Part shown: piece after piece, positions 21,073-32,868 of the stretch
Numbering within the stretch: the stretch's first letter is position 1
How the letters are laid out: the number at the start of each line of letters is the position of its first letter
Source: Acidimicrobiales bacterium
GTDB taxonomy: Bacteria > Actinomycetota > Acidimicrobiia > Acidimicrobiales > RAAP-2
Length of the DNA: 54,743 nt
Direction: 5' to 3'
Assembly (NCBI GenBank): GCA_049519675.1
Contig: JBEKQN010000001.1
Coordinates: forward strand, 1 to 54,743
Program-made: the position numbers and the translations under genes
The notes under the pieces: generated by a model
The model's database searches: none
Seen by the model: the letters and a program-made list of their open reading frames with translations, nothing else
Told to the model about the DNA's origin: nothing

Positions 21073-21519
21073 GTGCGCACCTATACACCAAAGGTCAATG
21101 AGATTACCCGCGACTGGCTGGTCCTGGACGCCGAGGGCCTCGTGCTCGGTCGCCTCGCCACGGTCGCCGCGTCGCTGTTGCGCGGTAAGCACCGTACCTT
21201 CTTCGCCCCCCACGTCGACACGGGTGACTACGTGATCATCATCAACGCCGACAAGGTCGTCGTCACGGCCAACAAGGCCAAGCAGAACTTCCACTACCAC
21301 CACTCGGGCTATCCCGGCGGACTGCGCGCCACGTCCTGGGAGAGCTTGATGCAAGAAGACCCCGCGTCACTGGTCTTCGAGGCGGTCAAGGGCATGGTTC
21401 CGAAGAATCGCTTGGGTCGCGCCCAGATGGACAAGCTTTTTGTGTACGCCGGTGCGGAACACCCGCACGCCGCCCAGCAACCTGTGAAGTACGACACGTC
21501 GGCAATTCGCCGCGCGTAA
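21073..21519 (+). CDS. rplM: 50S ribosomal protein L13
   Basis: LGRLA, LRGKH, PHVDTGD, HSGYPGG, HPHAAQ. Confidence 0.98.
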   Translation: MRTYTPKVNEITRDWLVLDAEGLVLGRLATVAASLLRGKHRTFFAPHVDTGDYVIIINADKVVVTANKAKQNFHYHHSGYPGGLRATSWESLMQEDPASLVFEAVKGMVPKNRLGRAQMDKLFVYAGAEHPHAAQQPVKYDTSAIRRA

Positions 21520-21533
21520 GAGGAGAACAGCCC

Positions 21534-21926
21534 GTGTCATCACCGCTTACTCAAACCACTGGTCGACGCAAGGAAGCGGTCGCTCGAGTGCGCCTGCGTC
21601 CCGGGACCGGCACGATCACGATCAACGCTCGCGCCTTCGACAATTACTTCACCTCAGCGACGCACCGTCAGATGGTGATGGAGCCGCTTCGCCTCATTGA
21701 CGCCCAGCAGACCTACGACATTGACGCCACCATCGAAGGCGGCGGCGTGGCTGGTCAGGCCGGCGCGTTGCGCTTGGGTATTTCTCGTTCATTGCTCGAG
21801 TTGGATGAAGCGGTGCGTCCGGTGCTGAAGAAGGCCGGACTACTCACGCGCGACTCGCGCAAGAAGGAGACCAAGAAGTACGGCCTCAAGAAGGCACGTA
21901 AGGCTCCCCAGTACTCGAAGCGTTAA
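21534..21926 (+). CDS. rpsI: 30S ribosomal protein S9
   Basis: TGRRKEAVAR, GGGVAGQAGA, KARKAPQYSKR. Confidence 0.98.
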   Translation: MSSPLTQTTGRRKEAVARVRLRPGTGTITINARAFDNYFTSATHRQMVMEPLRLIDAQQTYDIDATIEGGGVAGQAGALRLGISRSLLELDEAVRPVLKKAGLLTRDSRKKETKKYGLKKARKAPQYSKR

Positions 21927-23224
21927 TGGACATGCCCGTGTCCTTTGGCACGGATGGCATTCGCGGACGAGCCGACGACGAAGTCACCGTCGACTTGGCG
22001 TATCGCCTCGGTCGTGCCGTCGCCAGTGTCTTTCGTGTGCCGGTCTTCGTTGGTTACGACACCCGCGAGAGTTCTCCGCCGCTCGCCGCCGCGGTCTTGG
22101 CGGGACTGAACGACGGGGGCGCCACCGCCAGCAACCTGGGCTACTTCACTACGCCCGGCGTGGCGGTCATCGCCCAACAGCGAGGAGGCGTCGGCGTCAT
22201 TGTGTCGGCCTCGCACAATCCGTACTACGACAATGGTCTCAAGGTCCTGGGCCTGGGCGGCACGAAACTCGACCACGCTACCGAGGACGCCGTTACTCGC
22301 GCGCTCAACGAAGCCGATCCGTCACCGCACTCGTCCTACGAGGAACTGCCCATTGACCAGTCGGCGGAACACGATTACGCCGCGCATCTTCGTTCGCTGG
22401 TGCCGAGCGACCTCTCGTCCTTGCACGTGGTGATTGACTGCGCCAATGGCGCCGCGTCGCACGTGGCCTACGAGCTTTTCGCCACCACGGGCGCGCAGCT
22501 CACCATGCTGCACAACACGCCAAATGGCCGCAACATCAATGAGCAGTGCGGTTCAACCCATCCCGAAGACCTCGTCAAGCACGTGCTCGAGCTGGGTGCC
22601 GACCTGGGACTCGCGTTTGACGGTGACGCCGATCGACTGATTTCGGTGGACGCGTTTGGTGCGGTGCGCGACGGCGACGACCTCATGATCCTCTTCGCGC
22701 TGGACTTTTTGTCGCGTGACCAATTGGGCGGCGGGCTCGTGGTCACGTCGATGAGCAACCTCGGGCTGCACCGCGCGCTGAACCGCAGCGGCATCAAGAT
22801 CGTCGAGACTGACGTGGGCGACCGCAACGTGCTCATTGCGCTCGAAGAGAATTCGTGGCCCTTCGGCGGCGAGCAGTCTGGCCACCTGATTTTTCGCCGC
22901 TTGGCGCCGACGGGCGATGGTCTCCTGACCGGGCTGATGTTGTGCGACCTGGTCGTGAGGAACGGTCCGCTCGCGATGCAGGCCGACGAGGCGTGGCACC
23001 GTGTCCCGCAGGCCTTGATCAACGTGGCTCGTGACTCGTACGACGACAACGCGGTGCGCACGTTGTTCGAGAAATTGCGCCTCGGATACGGTGTCGAGAA
23101 CGCGGACGTGCGCTTACTCATTCGCCCTTCGGGCACTGAGCCAGTGGTGCGCATCATGATTGAAGCGCTCAATGGCGCCTTCGTCGACGAGTTCGTGACG
23201 CGGCTTCGCTCGCTCTCGGTGTGA
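21926..23224 (+). CDS. glmM: Phosphoglucosamine mutase
   Basis: FGTDGIRG, SASHNP, DGDADR, GGEQSGH, RPSGTEP. Confidence 0.96.
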   Translation: MDMPVSFGTDGIRGRADDEVTVDLAYRLGRAVASVFRVPVFVGYDTRESSPPLAAAVLAGLNDGGATASNLGYFTTPGVAVIAQQRGGVGVIVSASHNPYYDNGLKVLGLGGTKLDHATEDAVTRALNEADPSPHSSYEELPIDQSAEHDYAAHLRSLVPSDLSSLHVVIDCANGAASHVAYELFATTGAQLTMLHNTPNGRNINEQCGSTHPEDLVKHVLELGADLGLAFDGDADRLISVDAFGAVRDGDDLMILFALDFLSRDQLGGGLVVTSMSNLGLHRALNRSGIKIVETDVGDRNVLIALEENSWPFGGEQSGHLIFRRLAPTGDGLLTGLMLCDLVVRNGPLAMQADEAWHRVPQALINVARDSYDDNAVRTLFEKLRLGYGVENADVRLLIRPSGTEPVVRIMIEALNGAFVDEFVTRLRSLSV

Positions 23225-23271
23225 AAGTCCTTCCCCTTATGAGAAATGTGACCCCCGAGTAGGCTGGCATC

Positions 23272-25113
23272 ATGTGCGGCATCATCGGGGTCGTAGGATC
23301 CTCCGACACTCTGGCGACACTTCTTGAAGGCCTCGCGCGCCTGGAGTATCGCGGTTACGACTCCGCGGGGATCGCGCTCGTGCGCCCCGGACAGACCTGG
23401 CGGGCGCGCTGCGCCGCCGGGACCGAATCGGTCGCAGCCCTGCGCGTCGAGTGCGAGCACGCGCCCAGCGGCTTTAGTTCGGGCATCGGGCACACCCGAT
23501 GGGCGACCCACGGCGCACCCGAAGCGGCAAACGCCCACCCCCACCTCGACTGTTCGGGCAATATCGCCATCATCCACAACGGCATCATTGAGAATCACAC
23601 CGAACTGCAAGTCGAACTCGAGGCCAGGGGCCACACCTTCACCTCGGTGACCGACTCCGAGGTGCTCGCGCACCTCATTGAAGAGTCCCGTTCCGAGGGA
23701 CTCGAGCTGCTCGACGCGGTGCGCGCGAGCCTAAAACTCGTTCGCGGTGCCTTCGCGCTCGCCGCCATGGACGCGAGCGAACCGGATGTGATCGTCGCGG
23801 CGCGCCGGATCTCCCCGCTCGTGGTGGGAACGGCGGCCGGCGTCACCTACCTCGCGAGTGATGTGCCGGCGATCCTGGACCGGGCGACCGCGTTCTATGC
23901 CGTCAATGACGACGAGGTGGTGCGACTGGGACCGGAAGGCTTCCGCGCCGTGGATCTCGAGGGCGCGCCGGTGCGCCTGCACCAACTCTCGATCGAGTGG
24001 GACTTAGAGACCGCGCAAAAGGGCGGCAATGACGACTTCATCACCAAGGAGATCAACGAGCAGCCCGACGCCCTGCGCGACACGCTGATGGACCGCCGTC
24101 GGCCCGACGGGACGATCACCTTTGACGAGCTGCGCATCAGCGACGAAGAACTGCGCGACGTCAAGCGAGTGGTCCTGGTCGCGGCGGGCACCTCGCATCA
24201 CGCGGCACTGGTGGCCAAGTACGCCATCGAGCGCTGGGCGCGCCTCAGCGTGGACGTCGACATCTCGAGTGAGTACCGTTACCGCGACCCCGTGGTCGAA
24301 ATCGGCACCCTGGTCATCGGCGTCTCCCAGAGCGGCGAGACAATTGACACCATCATGGCGACGCGCGAAGCCCAGCGTCGCGGGGCACGAGTGGTGGCCA
24401 TTTCCAATATCGTCGACTCGTCAATGGCCCGTGAGGCGAGCGCGGTCATCTACACCCGCGCGGGACTCGAGGTTTCGGTCGCCTCGACCAAGTCCTACGT
24501 GGCCCAGGTCGCGGCACTCGAGTTGCTAGCCCTACGCCTCGCGCAACTGCGCGGCACATTGGACCCGTCGGACATCGACGCCTTCTTCCAAGGGCTGAAC
24601 GCCGTAGGGGCGCAGGTCGCGACGGCACTCGAGCGACGTTGCGACGTCCAAGACGTGGCCAAGCAACTCATTGGCGCGCACGATTTCTTCTTCATCGGTC
24701 GACACCTGGGATTTCCCACCGCAATGGAGGGCGCCCTAAAGCTGAAGGAGCTCTCTTACCTGCACGCCGAGGGATACCCCGGCGGTGAGCTCAAACACGG
24801 CCCGCTCGCCCTGATCGAGCCCGGCGTGGTGGTCGTCGCCGTCGCGACGGACCTCGTGATGCACGAGAAGATCCTCTCTAACTTGGCCGAGGTGAAGGCC
24901 CGTGGGGCAACGGTGGTCGCGGTCGCGACCGATGACGACGACGCCATTGCCGCGGTCGCTGACTACGTGCTGCGCGTGCCCGCTACGGAGCCAATGTTCA
25001 GTCCCATGGTCGACGTCGTGCCGCTGCAGATCTTTGCCTATTCCATGGCCCGGGGACTCGGCCGCAACGTCGACCGTCCGCGCAACCTGGCCAAAACCGT
25101 GACGGTTGAGTAA
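23272..25113 (+). CDS. glmS: Glutamine--fructose-6-phosphate transaminase (isomerizing)
   Basis: MCGI N-terminus, EYRGYDSAG, GHTRWATHG, SQSGET, PRNLAKTVTVE. Confidence 0.99.
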   Translation: MCGIIGVVGSSDTLATLLEGLARLEYRGYDSAGIALVRPGQTWRARCAAGTESVAALRVECEHAPSGFSSGIGHTRWATHGAPEAANAHPHLDCSGNIAIIHNGIIENHTELQVELEARGHTFTSVTDSEVLAHLIEESRSEGLELLDAVRASLKLVRGAFALAAMDASEPDVIVAARRISPLVVGTAAGVTYLASDVPAILDRATAFYAVNDDEVVRLGPEGFRAVDLEGAPVRLHQLSIEWDLETAQKGGNDDFITKEINEQPDALRDTLMDRRRPDGTITFDELRISDEELRDVKRVVLVAAGTSHHAALVAKYAIERWARLSVDVDISSEYRYRDPVVEIGTLVIGVSQSGETIDTIMATREAQRRGARVVAISNIVDSSMAREASAVIYTRAGLEVSVASTKSYVAQVAALELLALRLAQLRGTLDPSDIDAFFQGLNAVGAQVATALERRCDVQDVAKQLIGAHDFFFIGRHLGFPTAMEGALKLKELSYLHAEGYPGGELKHGPLALIEPGVVVVAVATDLVMHEKILSNLAEVKARGATVVAVATDDDDAIAAVADYVLRVPATEPMFSPMVDVVPLQIFAYSMARGLGRNVDRPRNLAKTVTVE

Positions 25114-25499
25114 TGGGCACGGTTGGCGTTGGCGTCGATATCGTCGACGTGCCCCGCTTCGCCCGAGCACTTGCGCGTCATCCCAGGATTGTGGGTCGGC
25201 TCTTCACTGAGGGCGAGCAGCTCGACTCGGGCGCGCGACCCGAGCGCCTGGCCGCCCGTTTTGCCGCGAAGGAGGCGGTGCTCAAATCCCTGCACGTCGG
25301 CCTTGGGGCGGTGCCCTGGACGTCAATCGAGATCCGTAATGACGCCGCGGGCGCCCCAGAGGTTCACCTGCACGGATCGGCCGCCCTGCTCGCGAAACAG
25401 CACGGCGTTGACACGCTGCAGGTGTCACTCACGCACACCGACGTGAGCGCGGCGGCCTTCGTGATTGGCAGTTCCAAAGACAGTGCCCTTGAGCGTTGA
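25113..25499 (+). CDS. acpS: Holo-ACP synthase
   Basis: GVGVDIV, RFAAKEA, SLTH. Confidence 0.95.
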   Translation: MGTVGVGVDIVDVPRFARALARHPRIVGRLFTEGEQLDSGARPERLAARFAAKEAVLKSLHVGLGAVPWTSIEIRNDAAGAPEVHLHGSAALLAKQHGVDTLQVSLTHTDVSAAAFVIGSSKDSALER

Positions 25500-26640
25500 G
25501 GGAGTGCGCCGACCGGCGTGGGCGGAGATATCCACCTCGGCCCTGGCCCACAATGTTCGTTCGATGAAGGCGGTGATTGGTAACGCGACCCTATGCGCGG
25601 TGGTGAAGGCCAACGGCTACGGCCACGGTGGTCCACTGGTGGCCCAGGTCATGCTCGACGCGGGCGCCGACTCGCTCGGTGTCGCAATCGTCGACGAAGG
25701 TTTGGAACTTCGCGACCACGGCGTTCAAGTGCCGATACTCGTCCAGGCCGAAGCCGAACCGTCGGCGGTGCTCGATGCGCTGGCCAATTCTCTGACGGTG
25801 ACCGTTGGCTCGCCACGCGCAGCCCAGGACGTCATTCGCGGCGCCGAAAAACTTGGCGGAATACACCACGTGCACGTAAAAGTCGATACCGGCATGCACC
25901 GCATGGGCGTTGATCCCTCCCAGGTTGACGAGGTCGTCGACGTGCTGCGAGCGAGTCCCAATATCGACCTCGAAGGGCTGTTCACGCACTTCAGCGTCGC
26001 TGACGGCTCGAGCGGCGAGGACCGTGCCTTCACCCGAGGACAGATCGAACTGTTCGACCGCGTGGCCGGTTCCCTGGCCGGGCGCGGCGCCGCGCCCCGG
26101 GTGCTGCACCTGGCCAATAGTGCCGGCGCGATGGCCTACCCCGAAGCCCGCCAATCAATGGTGCGCTGCGGCCTCGCGCTCTACGGTCTCTACACCCAGG
26201 CGTGGCTCTCGAGCGCGCTCCAAGAAAAGGGTGTCGACTTAGAACCGGTGATGACGATTCGCGCCAAGGTCTCTGCGGTGCGCCGTCTGGACGCCGGTGA
26301 GCGTCCCAGCTACGGGCGCCTGCGTGCGCTCGAACGCGAGTCGACGATCGTCACCGTTCCCTTCGGGTACGCCGACGGCTACCCGCGCCGGCTCTTTGAA
26401 GCGGGCGCCGAGGTCCTGATCAATAACAAGCGATACCCGCTCGCCGGCACCGTGACCATGGACCAGTTGCTCGTTGACTGCGGGGACGACGCGGTGAGCG
26501 TCGGTGACGACGTGGTGTTGCTCGGACGCCAGGGCGGCCAAGAGATCTCGGTCGACGAATTGGCCGATCTCGCGGGCACGATCAGCCACGAGATCATCTG
26601 CGCCGTCGGTGCCCGGGTGCCGCGTGTCCTCGTGCACTGA
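25483..26640 (+). CDS. alr: Alanine racemase (start approximate)
   Basis: AVVKANGYGHG PLP lysine, KVDTGMHRMG, GYADG, MDQ. Confidence 0.96.
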   Translation: MPLSVEGVRRPAWAEISTSALAHNVRSMKAVIGNATLCAVVKANGYGHGGPLVAQVMLDAGADSLGVAIVDEGLELRDHGVQVPILVQAEAEPSAVLDALANSLTVTVGSPRAAQDVIRGAEKLGGIHHVHVKVDTGMHRMGVDPSQVDEVVDVLRASPNIDLEGLFTHFSVADGSSGEDRAFTRGQIELFDRVAGSLAGRGAAPRVLHLANSAGAMAYPEARQSMVRCGLALYGLYTQAWLSSALQEKGVDLEPVMTIRAKVSAVRRLDAGERPSYGRLRALERESTIVTVPFGYADGYPRRLFEAGAEVLINNKRYPLAGTVTMDQLLVDCGDDAVSVGDDVVLLGRQGGQEISVDELADLAGTISHEIICAVGARVPRVLVH

Positions 26641-26641
26641 G

Positions 26642-27190
26642 ATGCCCATCGACCTAGAGGCACTCTCGAACTGTACGCGCTGTGATCTCTCGCTCACCCG
26701 TCAGCGCGTAGTGATTGGATCCGGTCCGCTGAGACCAACGCTGCTGGTCGTCGGCGAAGCGCCCGGTCGCAGCGAGGACGAGGGCGGGGAACCGTTCATT
26801 GGCCGCAGCGGCCAACTGCTATTTCGATTGATTGTCGAGGAAGTGGGGATTACCCGGGCCGAGTGTTTTGTCACCAACGTCGTCAAGTGCCGCCCGCCGA
26901 ACAACCGCACGCCCACGCGTCACGAGCTGGACACGTGTCATCCCTGGTTCCAGGCGCAGTTGGACGACGTGCAACCTCGCGTGGTGCTCGCACTCGGAAA
27001 TACTGCGGCCCGGTCGATCTTCGGTTACGAGCGGGGCATTGGCCAAACCCACGGGGTCGTGAGCCAACTCCCGTCTGGTCCCGGTCTCGCGACCTACCAC
27101 CCCGCCGCGGCCCTGCGTGGCGGTGTCGGGGTACTAGAAATGATGCGGGCTGACCTGCGAATCGTGAAATCACTGCTGGAGACACCGTGA
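26642..27190 (+). CDS. Uracil-DNA glycosylase family 4 (Fe-S)
   Basis: CTRC, VGEAPG, PFIGRSG, VKCRPP, YHPAA. Confidence 0.92.
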   Translation: MPIDLEALSNCTRCDLSLTRQRVVIGSGPLRPTLLVVGEAPGRSEDEGGEPFIGRSGQLLFRLIVEEVGITRAECFVTNVVKCRPPNNRTPTRHELDTCHPWFQAQLDDVQPRVVLALGNTAARSIFGYERGIGQTHGVVSQLPSGPGLATYHPAAALRGGVGVLEMMRADLRIVKSLLETP

Positions 27191-27666
27191 GTTGGACACG
27201 GACCTGCGCGAGCGCGACCGACACCGAGGCGGCCGGCGAGGCCCTGGCGTCGGTGCTCCAATCGGGCGACATCGTGCTGCTCTCGGGTCAATTAGGAGCC
27301 GGAAAAACCACCTTTGTCAAGGGGGTGGCCCGGGGATTAGGGGTCATCGAGCGCGTGACGAGTCCCACCTTCACGATGGTACGACCGCATGAATGCCACA
27401 ACGATCAGGGAATATCGACCTTGCTGCACGCCGACGTCTACCGGGTGGAGAACCTCGCCGAGGTCCTGGACCTGGCCCTGGGCGAATTGGTCGAAGAGAG
27501 CGCCGTAGCGCTGGTGGAGTGGGGAGAGTTGGCGTCATCCATATTTGGCCGCGAAGTGCTTACAATTCAGTTCCAGGTAGATCGAGACGAAGGCCGGCTC
27601 TTAGAGGTGGGCGGCGCCCTCGCCCAGGATCGAAGCAGCGAACTTGATAGGTGGTCAGCACAGTGA
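27187..27666 (+). CDS. tsaE: t6A biosynthesis ATPase TsaE
   Basis: GQLGAGKT, TSPTF, HADVYR, VEWG. Confidence 0.96.
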   Translation: MSWTRTCASATDTEAAGEALASVLQSGDIVLLSGQLGAGKTTFVKGVARGLGVIERVTSPTFTMVRPHECHNDQGISTLLHADVYRVENLAEVLDLALGELVEESAVALVEWGELASSIFGREVLTIQFQVDRDEGRLLEVGGALAQDRSSELDRWSAQ

Positions 27667-28346
27667 ATCTTCTAGCAATTGAGACGGCCACGCAGGCCTG
27701 TTGCGTCGGTGTGCGGACCACGAGCGGCGTGGAGATTGCCCGGGTGGTCGACGAAAGTCGCCAGCACACCGAAACGCTGTCGCTGGGCATGGGCGCACTA
27801 ATTCGCGAAGCCGGCCTCATCCCACGTGATATTGACCGAGTGGTCGTTGACCGGGGCCCGGGTCTCTTCACCGGACTTCGCGTTGGCGTGGCGACCGCTA
27901 ACGCCTTTGCCCAGGGTCTGGGTTGCTCCATGGTGGGCATGACGTCGCTGGAACTGCTGGCCCACGGGGCCCACGACGCGGGCGTGCGCGGCACGCTGGT
28001 GAGCGCGGTAGACGGACGGCGCGGTGATGTCTTCGTCCAGACGTTCGAGCTCACCGATACCACGGTTGGGGCGCTGGCGGGGCCCGAGGTGACCACGTCC
28101 GCCGACGTGGTGGCGGCGTGGTCCGGGGAGAGGGCCCCGGTGACGTTCACCGGTGACGGGGTCGAGCGCTATCTGGAGGACTTCAATCGCGTGGCCAACG
28201 CCATGATCTACACGCAATTGGTGCCGTCGATGCACGCGGCGCTCTGGCTCGCCGAGTTCGAGACCCCGCGCATGACCATCGAGCCGTTGTATCTTCGCGA
28301 AGCCGACGCCGTGGCGAACTTCGCGACCCGTGAACGTCCGCGATGA
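27663..28346 (+). CDS. tsaB: t6A biosynthesis protein TsaB
   Basis: LLAIETAT, GPGLFTGLRVG, DGRR, PLYLR. Confidence 0.95.
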   Translation: MNLLAIETATQACCVGVRTTSGVEIARVVDESRQHTETLSLGMGALIREAGLIPRDIDRVVVDRGPGLFTGLRVGVATANAFAQGLGCSMVGMTSLELLAHGAHDAGVRGTLVSAVDGRRGDVFVQTFELTDTTVGALAGPEVTTSADVVAAWSGERAPVTFTGDGVERYLEDFNRVANAMIYTQLVPSMHAALWLAEFETPRMTIEPLYLREADAVANFATRERPR

Positions 28347-28840
28347 AGCCGTGGTCGCTGCGCCTAGCGCAACGCCGCGATGTAGGTGAGTTGCTGGAGC
28401 TAGAGAAGGCGCAGTTCCCCGAACCCTGGACCCGGGGCATGCTGCTCGACGAGATTCTCAATACGTCGACCCGTCGCTACACCGTCGCGGTGGAGCACAA
28501 GAAGATCGTTGGCTACCTGGGCGTCATGTTTGTTATGGACGAACTGCACGTGAACACGATCGCGACGCTGCCCGGACATGAAGGCCGGGGTATCGCCACC
28601 TCGCTGATGGACGACGCCTGGGAGAACGCGCTGGCCCGAGGCATCACGCGTGCGACGCTAGAAGTCGCGACTTTCAACACGCGCGCGCAGAAGTTCTACT
28701 ACCGCTACGGCTTTAAGCCGGTGGGCGTGCGAAAGAACTACTACGAGAAGACCCACGAGGACGCGCTGATCTTGTGGGCCGACCTGCCGGTAGCACTGGC
28801 CGATTCTGCGTCAGCGATGAGCGAGGATCAGTCCATTTAG
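28343..28840 (+). CDS. rimI: RimI-family N-acetyltransferase
   Basis: FPEPW, GRGIA, LEV...N..A..FY...GF...G.RKNYY; conserved position between tsaB and tsaD. Confidence 0.92.
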   Translation: MKPWSLRLAQRRDVGELLELEKAQFPEPWTRGMLLDEILNTSTRRYTVAVEHKKIVGYLGVMFVMDELHVNTIATLPGHEGRGIATSLMDDAWENALARGITRATLEVATFNTRAQKFYYRYGFKPVGVRKNYYEKTHEDALILWADLPVALADSASAMSEDQSI

Positions 28841-28849
28841 GCTGTTCGG

Positions 28850-29857
28850 GTGCCCGTCGTTCTCGGAATTGAAACCAGTTGTGATGAAACGGCCGCCGCC
28901 GTCGTCGACGCTGAGTTTCACGTCATTTCTTCCATTGTCGAGTCATCCATTGACCAACATCGAGCCTTCGGCGGCGTGGTGCCCGAACTGGCCGGCCGGG
29001 CCCACGTCACCACGATCGGGCCGGTGGTGCGTCGCGCGCTCGACGAGGCGGGGCTCGATCCACTGAGTCCAGCCATTGAAGGCATCGCGGTCACCAGCGG
29101 ACCCGGTCTCATTGGCTCGCTCTTGGTGGGGCTGTCGGCGGCCAAGGCCTACTCGTTGGCGTGGGGCGTGCCCTTCGTTGGCGTCAACCATCTCGAGGGG
29201 CATCTCTTTGCACCCCTGCTGGAGCAATCGGACCTGGAGTGGCCGCTGTTGACGCTGCTGGTGTCGGGCGGACACAGTTTGATCGTGCTGCAAAGAGGGC
29301 CGGGCCAGCACGACGTGCTCGGAGAGACCATCGACGACGCGGCCGGCGAGGCCTACGACAAGATCGCCCGCTGGCTGGGACTGGGTTATCCCGGAGGACC
29401 AGAGATCGACCGTCTCGCCCAAGAAGGAAGCGCCGGCGCACTGAAATTGCCGGTCTCGATGACCGGTGCGGACTTCGACCTTTCCTTTTCGGGTCTGAAG
29501 ACCGCCGTCGTTCGCGCGACGCAGAAACACTCCGAGGTGGCACTGAAGGACGTGGCGGCCTCGTTCCAGGCGGCCGTGAGCGAGCAGTTGCTGCGCAAGC
29601 TGCGTGGCGCCTTAGAAAAATACGAGGTGAAGGGCGTGGCCTTGGCGGGTGGAGTCGCCGCTAACTCCTTGCTGCGCGCGGGCGTAACGCAGTTGGCCCA
29701 AGAGTTCGCCATTGTGTGCCATCTGCCCACCCTGGCCATGTGCACCGACAATGCCGCCATGGTCGCGGCGGCCGGGCTCTATCGTCTCTCGAATGGAGGT
29801 GCCAGTGATCTCAGCTTGTCGGCTAATCCCAATTGGCAATTGGCGGACGTCTCGTGA
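28850..29857 (+). CDS. tsaD: t6A threonylcarbamoyltransferase TsaD
   Basis: LGIETSCDET, GGVVPELA, NHLEGH, SGGH, DDAAGEAYDK, TDNAAM. Confidence 0.98.
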   Translation: MPVVLGIETSCDETAAAVVDAEFHVISSIVESSIDQHRAFGGVVPELAGRAHVTTIGPVVRRALDEAGLDPLSPAIEGIAVTSGPGLIGSLLVGLSAAKAYSLAWGVPFVGVNHLEGHLFAPLLEQSDLEWPLLTLLVSGGHSLIVLQRGPGQHDVLGETIDDAAGEAYDKIARWLGLGYPGGPEIDRLAQEGSAGALKLPVSMTGADFDLSFSGLKTAVVRATQKHSEVALKDVAASFQAAVSEQLLRKLRGALEKYEVKGVALAGGVAANSLLRAGVTQLAQEFAIVCHLPTLAMCTDNAAMVAAAGLYRLSNGGASDLSLSANPNWQLADVS

Positions 29858-30483
29858 GTGAGTGGACGCCCCTGGGTGTTGAGGATTGCGCCGAGGATCC
29901 GTTCGCGCAGTTCGCCACCTGGTTCGACGAGGCTGAGGGTCACATGGCCGAACGCCAGGCCATTTGCCTGGCGACATCGACGACCGACGGCCATCCCAGT
30001 GCGCGAATGGTGCTGCTGCGTTACATCGATGACCGCTCGTTCGGCTGGTATACGAACTACGGATCGCGCAAGGGCGCTGACTTGGAAGTCAATCCTTTCG
30101 CGGCGCTGCTCTGGTACAACGAGGCCCACGGACGCCAGGTCCGTGTCGAGGGTGTTGTTGAGCGAATGGGCGAGCCCGAATCGGACGCCTATTTCAACTC
30201 GCGCGCCCGGGGACACCAGATTGGCGCCCACGCGAGCCGCCAGAGTGAACCCCTGGACAGCCGAAAAGAGCTCGAAGACCGCGTCAGCGAGCTCGAGGTC
30301 CAGTTCGCTGGTGAGCTAGTTCCGCGGCCGGCGTGTTGGGGCGGTTACCGACTCACCCCGACGTCATTTGAGTTCTGGCAGCATCGAGAGGACCGACTGC
30401 ACGACCGGGTGAGGTACCTGCGAGTTGACGGGTCGTCGAGCCCTACGTCGGGACCGTGGTCGCGACGTCGACTTTCGCCGTAA
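29854..30483 (+). CDS. pdxH: Pyridoxamine 5'-phosphate oxidase
   Basis: RMVLLR, YTNYGSRKG, RQVRVEG, ASRQS, EFWQ...RLHDR. Confidence 0.95.
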   Translation: MSEWTPLGVEDCAEDPFAQFATWFDEAEGHMAERQAICLATSTTDGHPSARMVLLRYIDDRSFGWYTNYGSRKGADLEVNPFAALLWYNEAHGRQVRVEGVVERMGEPESDAYFNSRARGHQIGAHASRQSEPLDSRKELEDRVSELEVQFAGELVPRPACWGGYRLTPTSFEFWQHREDRLHDRVRYLRVDGSSSPTSGPWSRRRLSP

Positions 30484-30503
30484 GTTCCGCGTTCTGTTCT
30501 CCT

Positions 30504-30558
30504 TTGGCACTCTGCGCGTTAGGCTGCTAAATTGGCAGTCACAAGGTTCGAGTGCTAA
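30504..30558 (+). promoter_or_regulatory. Tandem CIRCE elements (HrcA operators)
   Basis: TTGGCACTC-N9-GGCTGCTAA (30504-30530) and TTGGCAGTC-N9-GAGTGCTAA (30532-30558) versus consensus TTAGCACTC-N9-GAGTGCTAA, upstream of groES. Confidence 0.92.
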
Positions 30559-30579
30559 TCGCACAGGAGGCAATACATT

Positions 30580-30876
30580 ATGAAGCTGCACCCCCTAGAA
30601 GACCGCATTGTGGTCCGTCCCAACGTTGCTGAGGCCACTACGGCTTCCGGTCTCGTTATTCCCGACACCGCCAAGGAGAAGCCCCAGCAGGGCGAGGTTT
30701 TGGCCACCGGTCCCGGCCGTCGCGCCGAGACCTCCGGTGAACTGATCCCCACGGGCGTCAGCGTCGGCGACACCGTCGTCTACTCCAAGTACGGCGGCAC
30801 CGAGATCACGGTTGACGGCGAGGACCTCTTGATCCTCTCCGGTCGTGACGTACTCGCCACAATCTCCAAGAAGTAA
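30580..30876 (+). CDS. groES: Co-chaperonin GroES
   Basis: [29 protein letters not shown]. Confidence 0.99.
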   Translation: MKLHPLEDRIVVRPNVAEATTASGLVIPDTAKEKPQQGEVLATGPGRRAETSGELIPTGVSVGDTVVYSKYGGTEITVDGEDLLILSGRDVLATISKK

Positions 30877-32565
<1,689 letters not shown>

Positions 32566-32583
32566 TTGCCGTCCTACAAGACG

Positions 32584-32617
32584 AAGAGATGCCGGGCCCT
32601 AGGGCCCGGCATCTCTT
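32584..32617 (+). terminator. Intrinsic terminator after groEL
   Basis: Perfect 34-bp palindrome AAGAGATGCCGGGCCCT/AGGGCCCGGCATCTCTT followed by ATTGT. Confidence 0.88.
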
Positions 32618-32868
32618 ATTGTCCGACTCCTTGACACATTGAATCATGTCCAGGCCGCCCTCCGGCACCAGGGTCCGTGTGTCCGCGGGCGGTAGTGCGC
32701 GAGGTGGAGATGTACCGCACGTAGGCGTTAATCGCCGTGAAAGTTCGTTCGCCATGGAATCGGCCACGTGTGGTCCGGACGCCACGGCGACCGCGGTTCA
32801 GTGCAAGGCGCTTGACTTTCGGAAGAGAATCCGCATCAAGGTACGATTGACTACTTTGAGGAATGCCC

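Noticed and set aside
23225-23271. glmS ribozyme
   Set aside because: Only 47 nt between glmM and glmS, with a leaderless-type -10; no room and no motif
32591-32610. GGGCC-CTAG-GGCCC matching a DevR core
   Set aside because: It is the centre of the perfect palindrome right after groEL, better explained as a terminator
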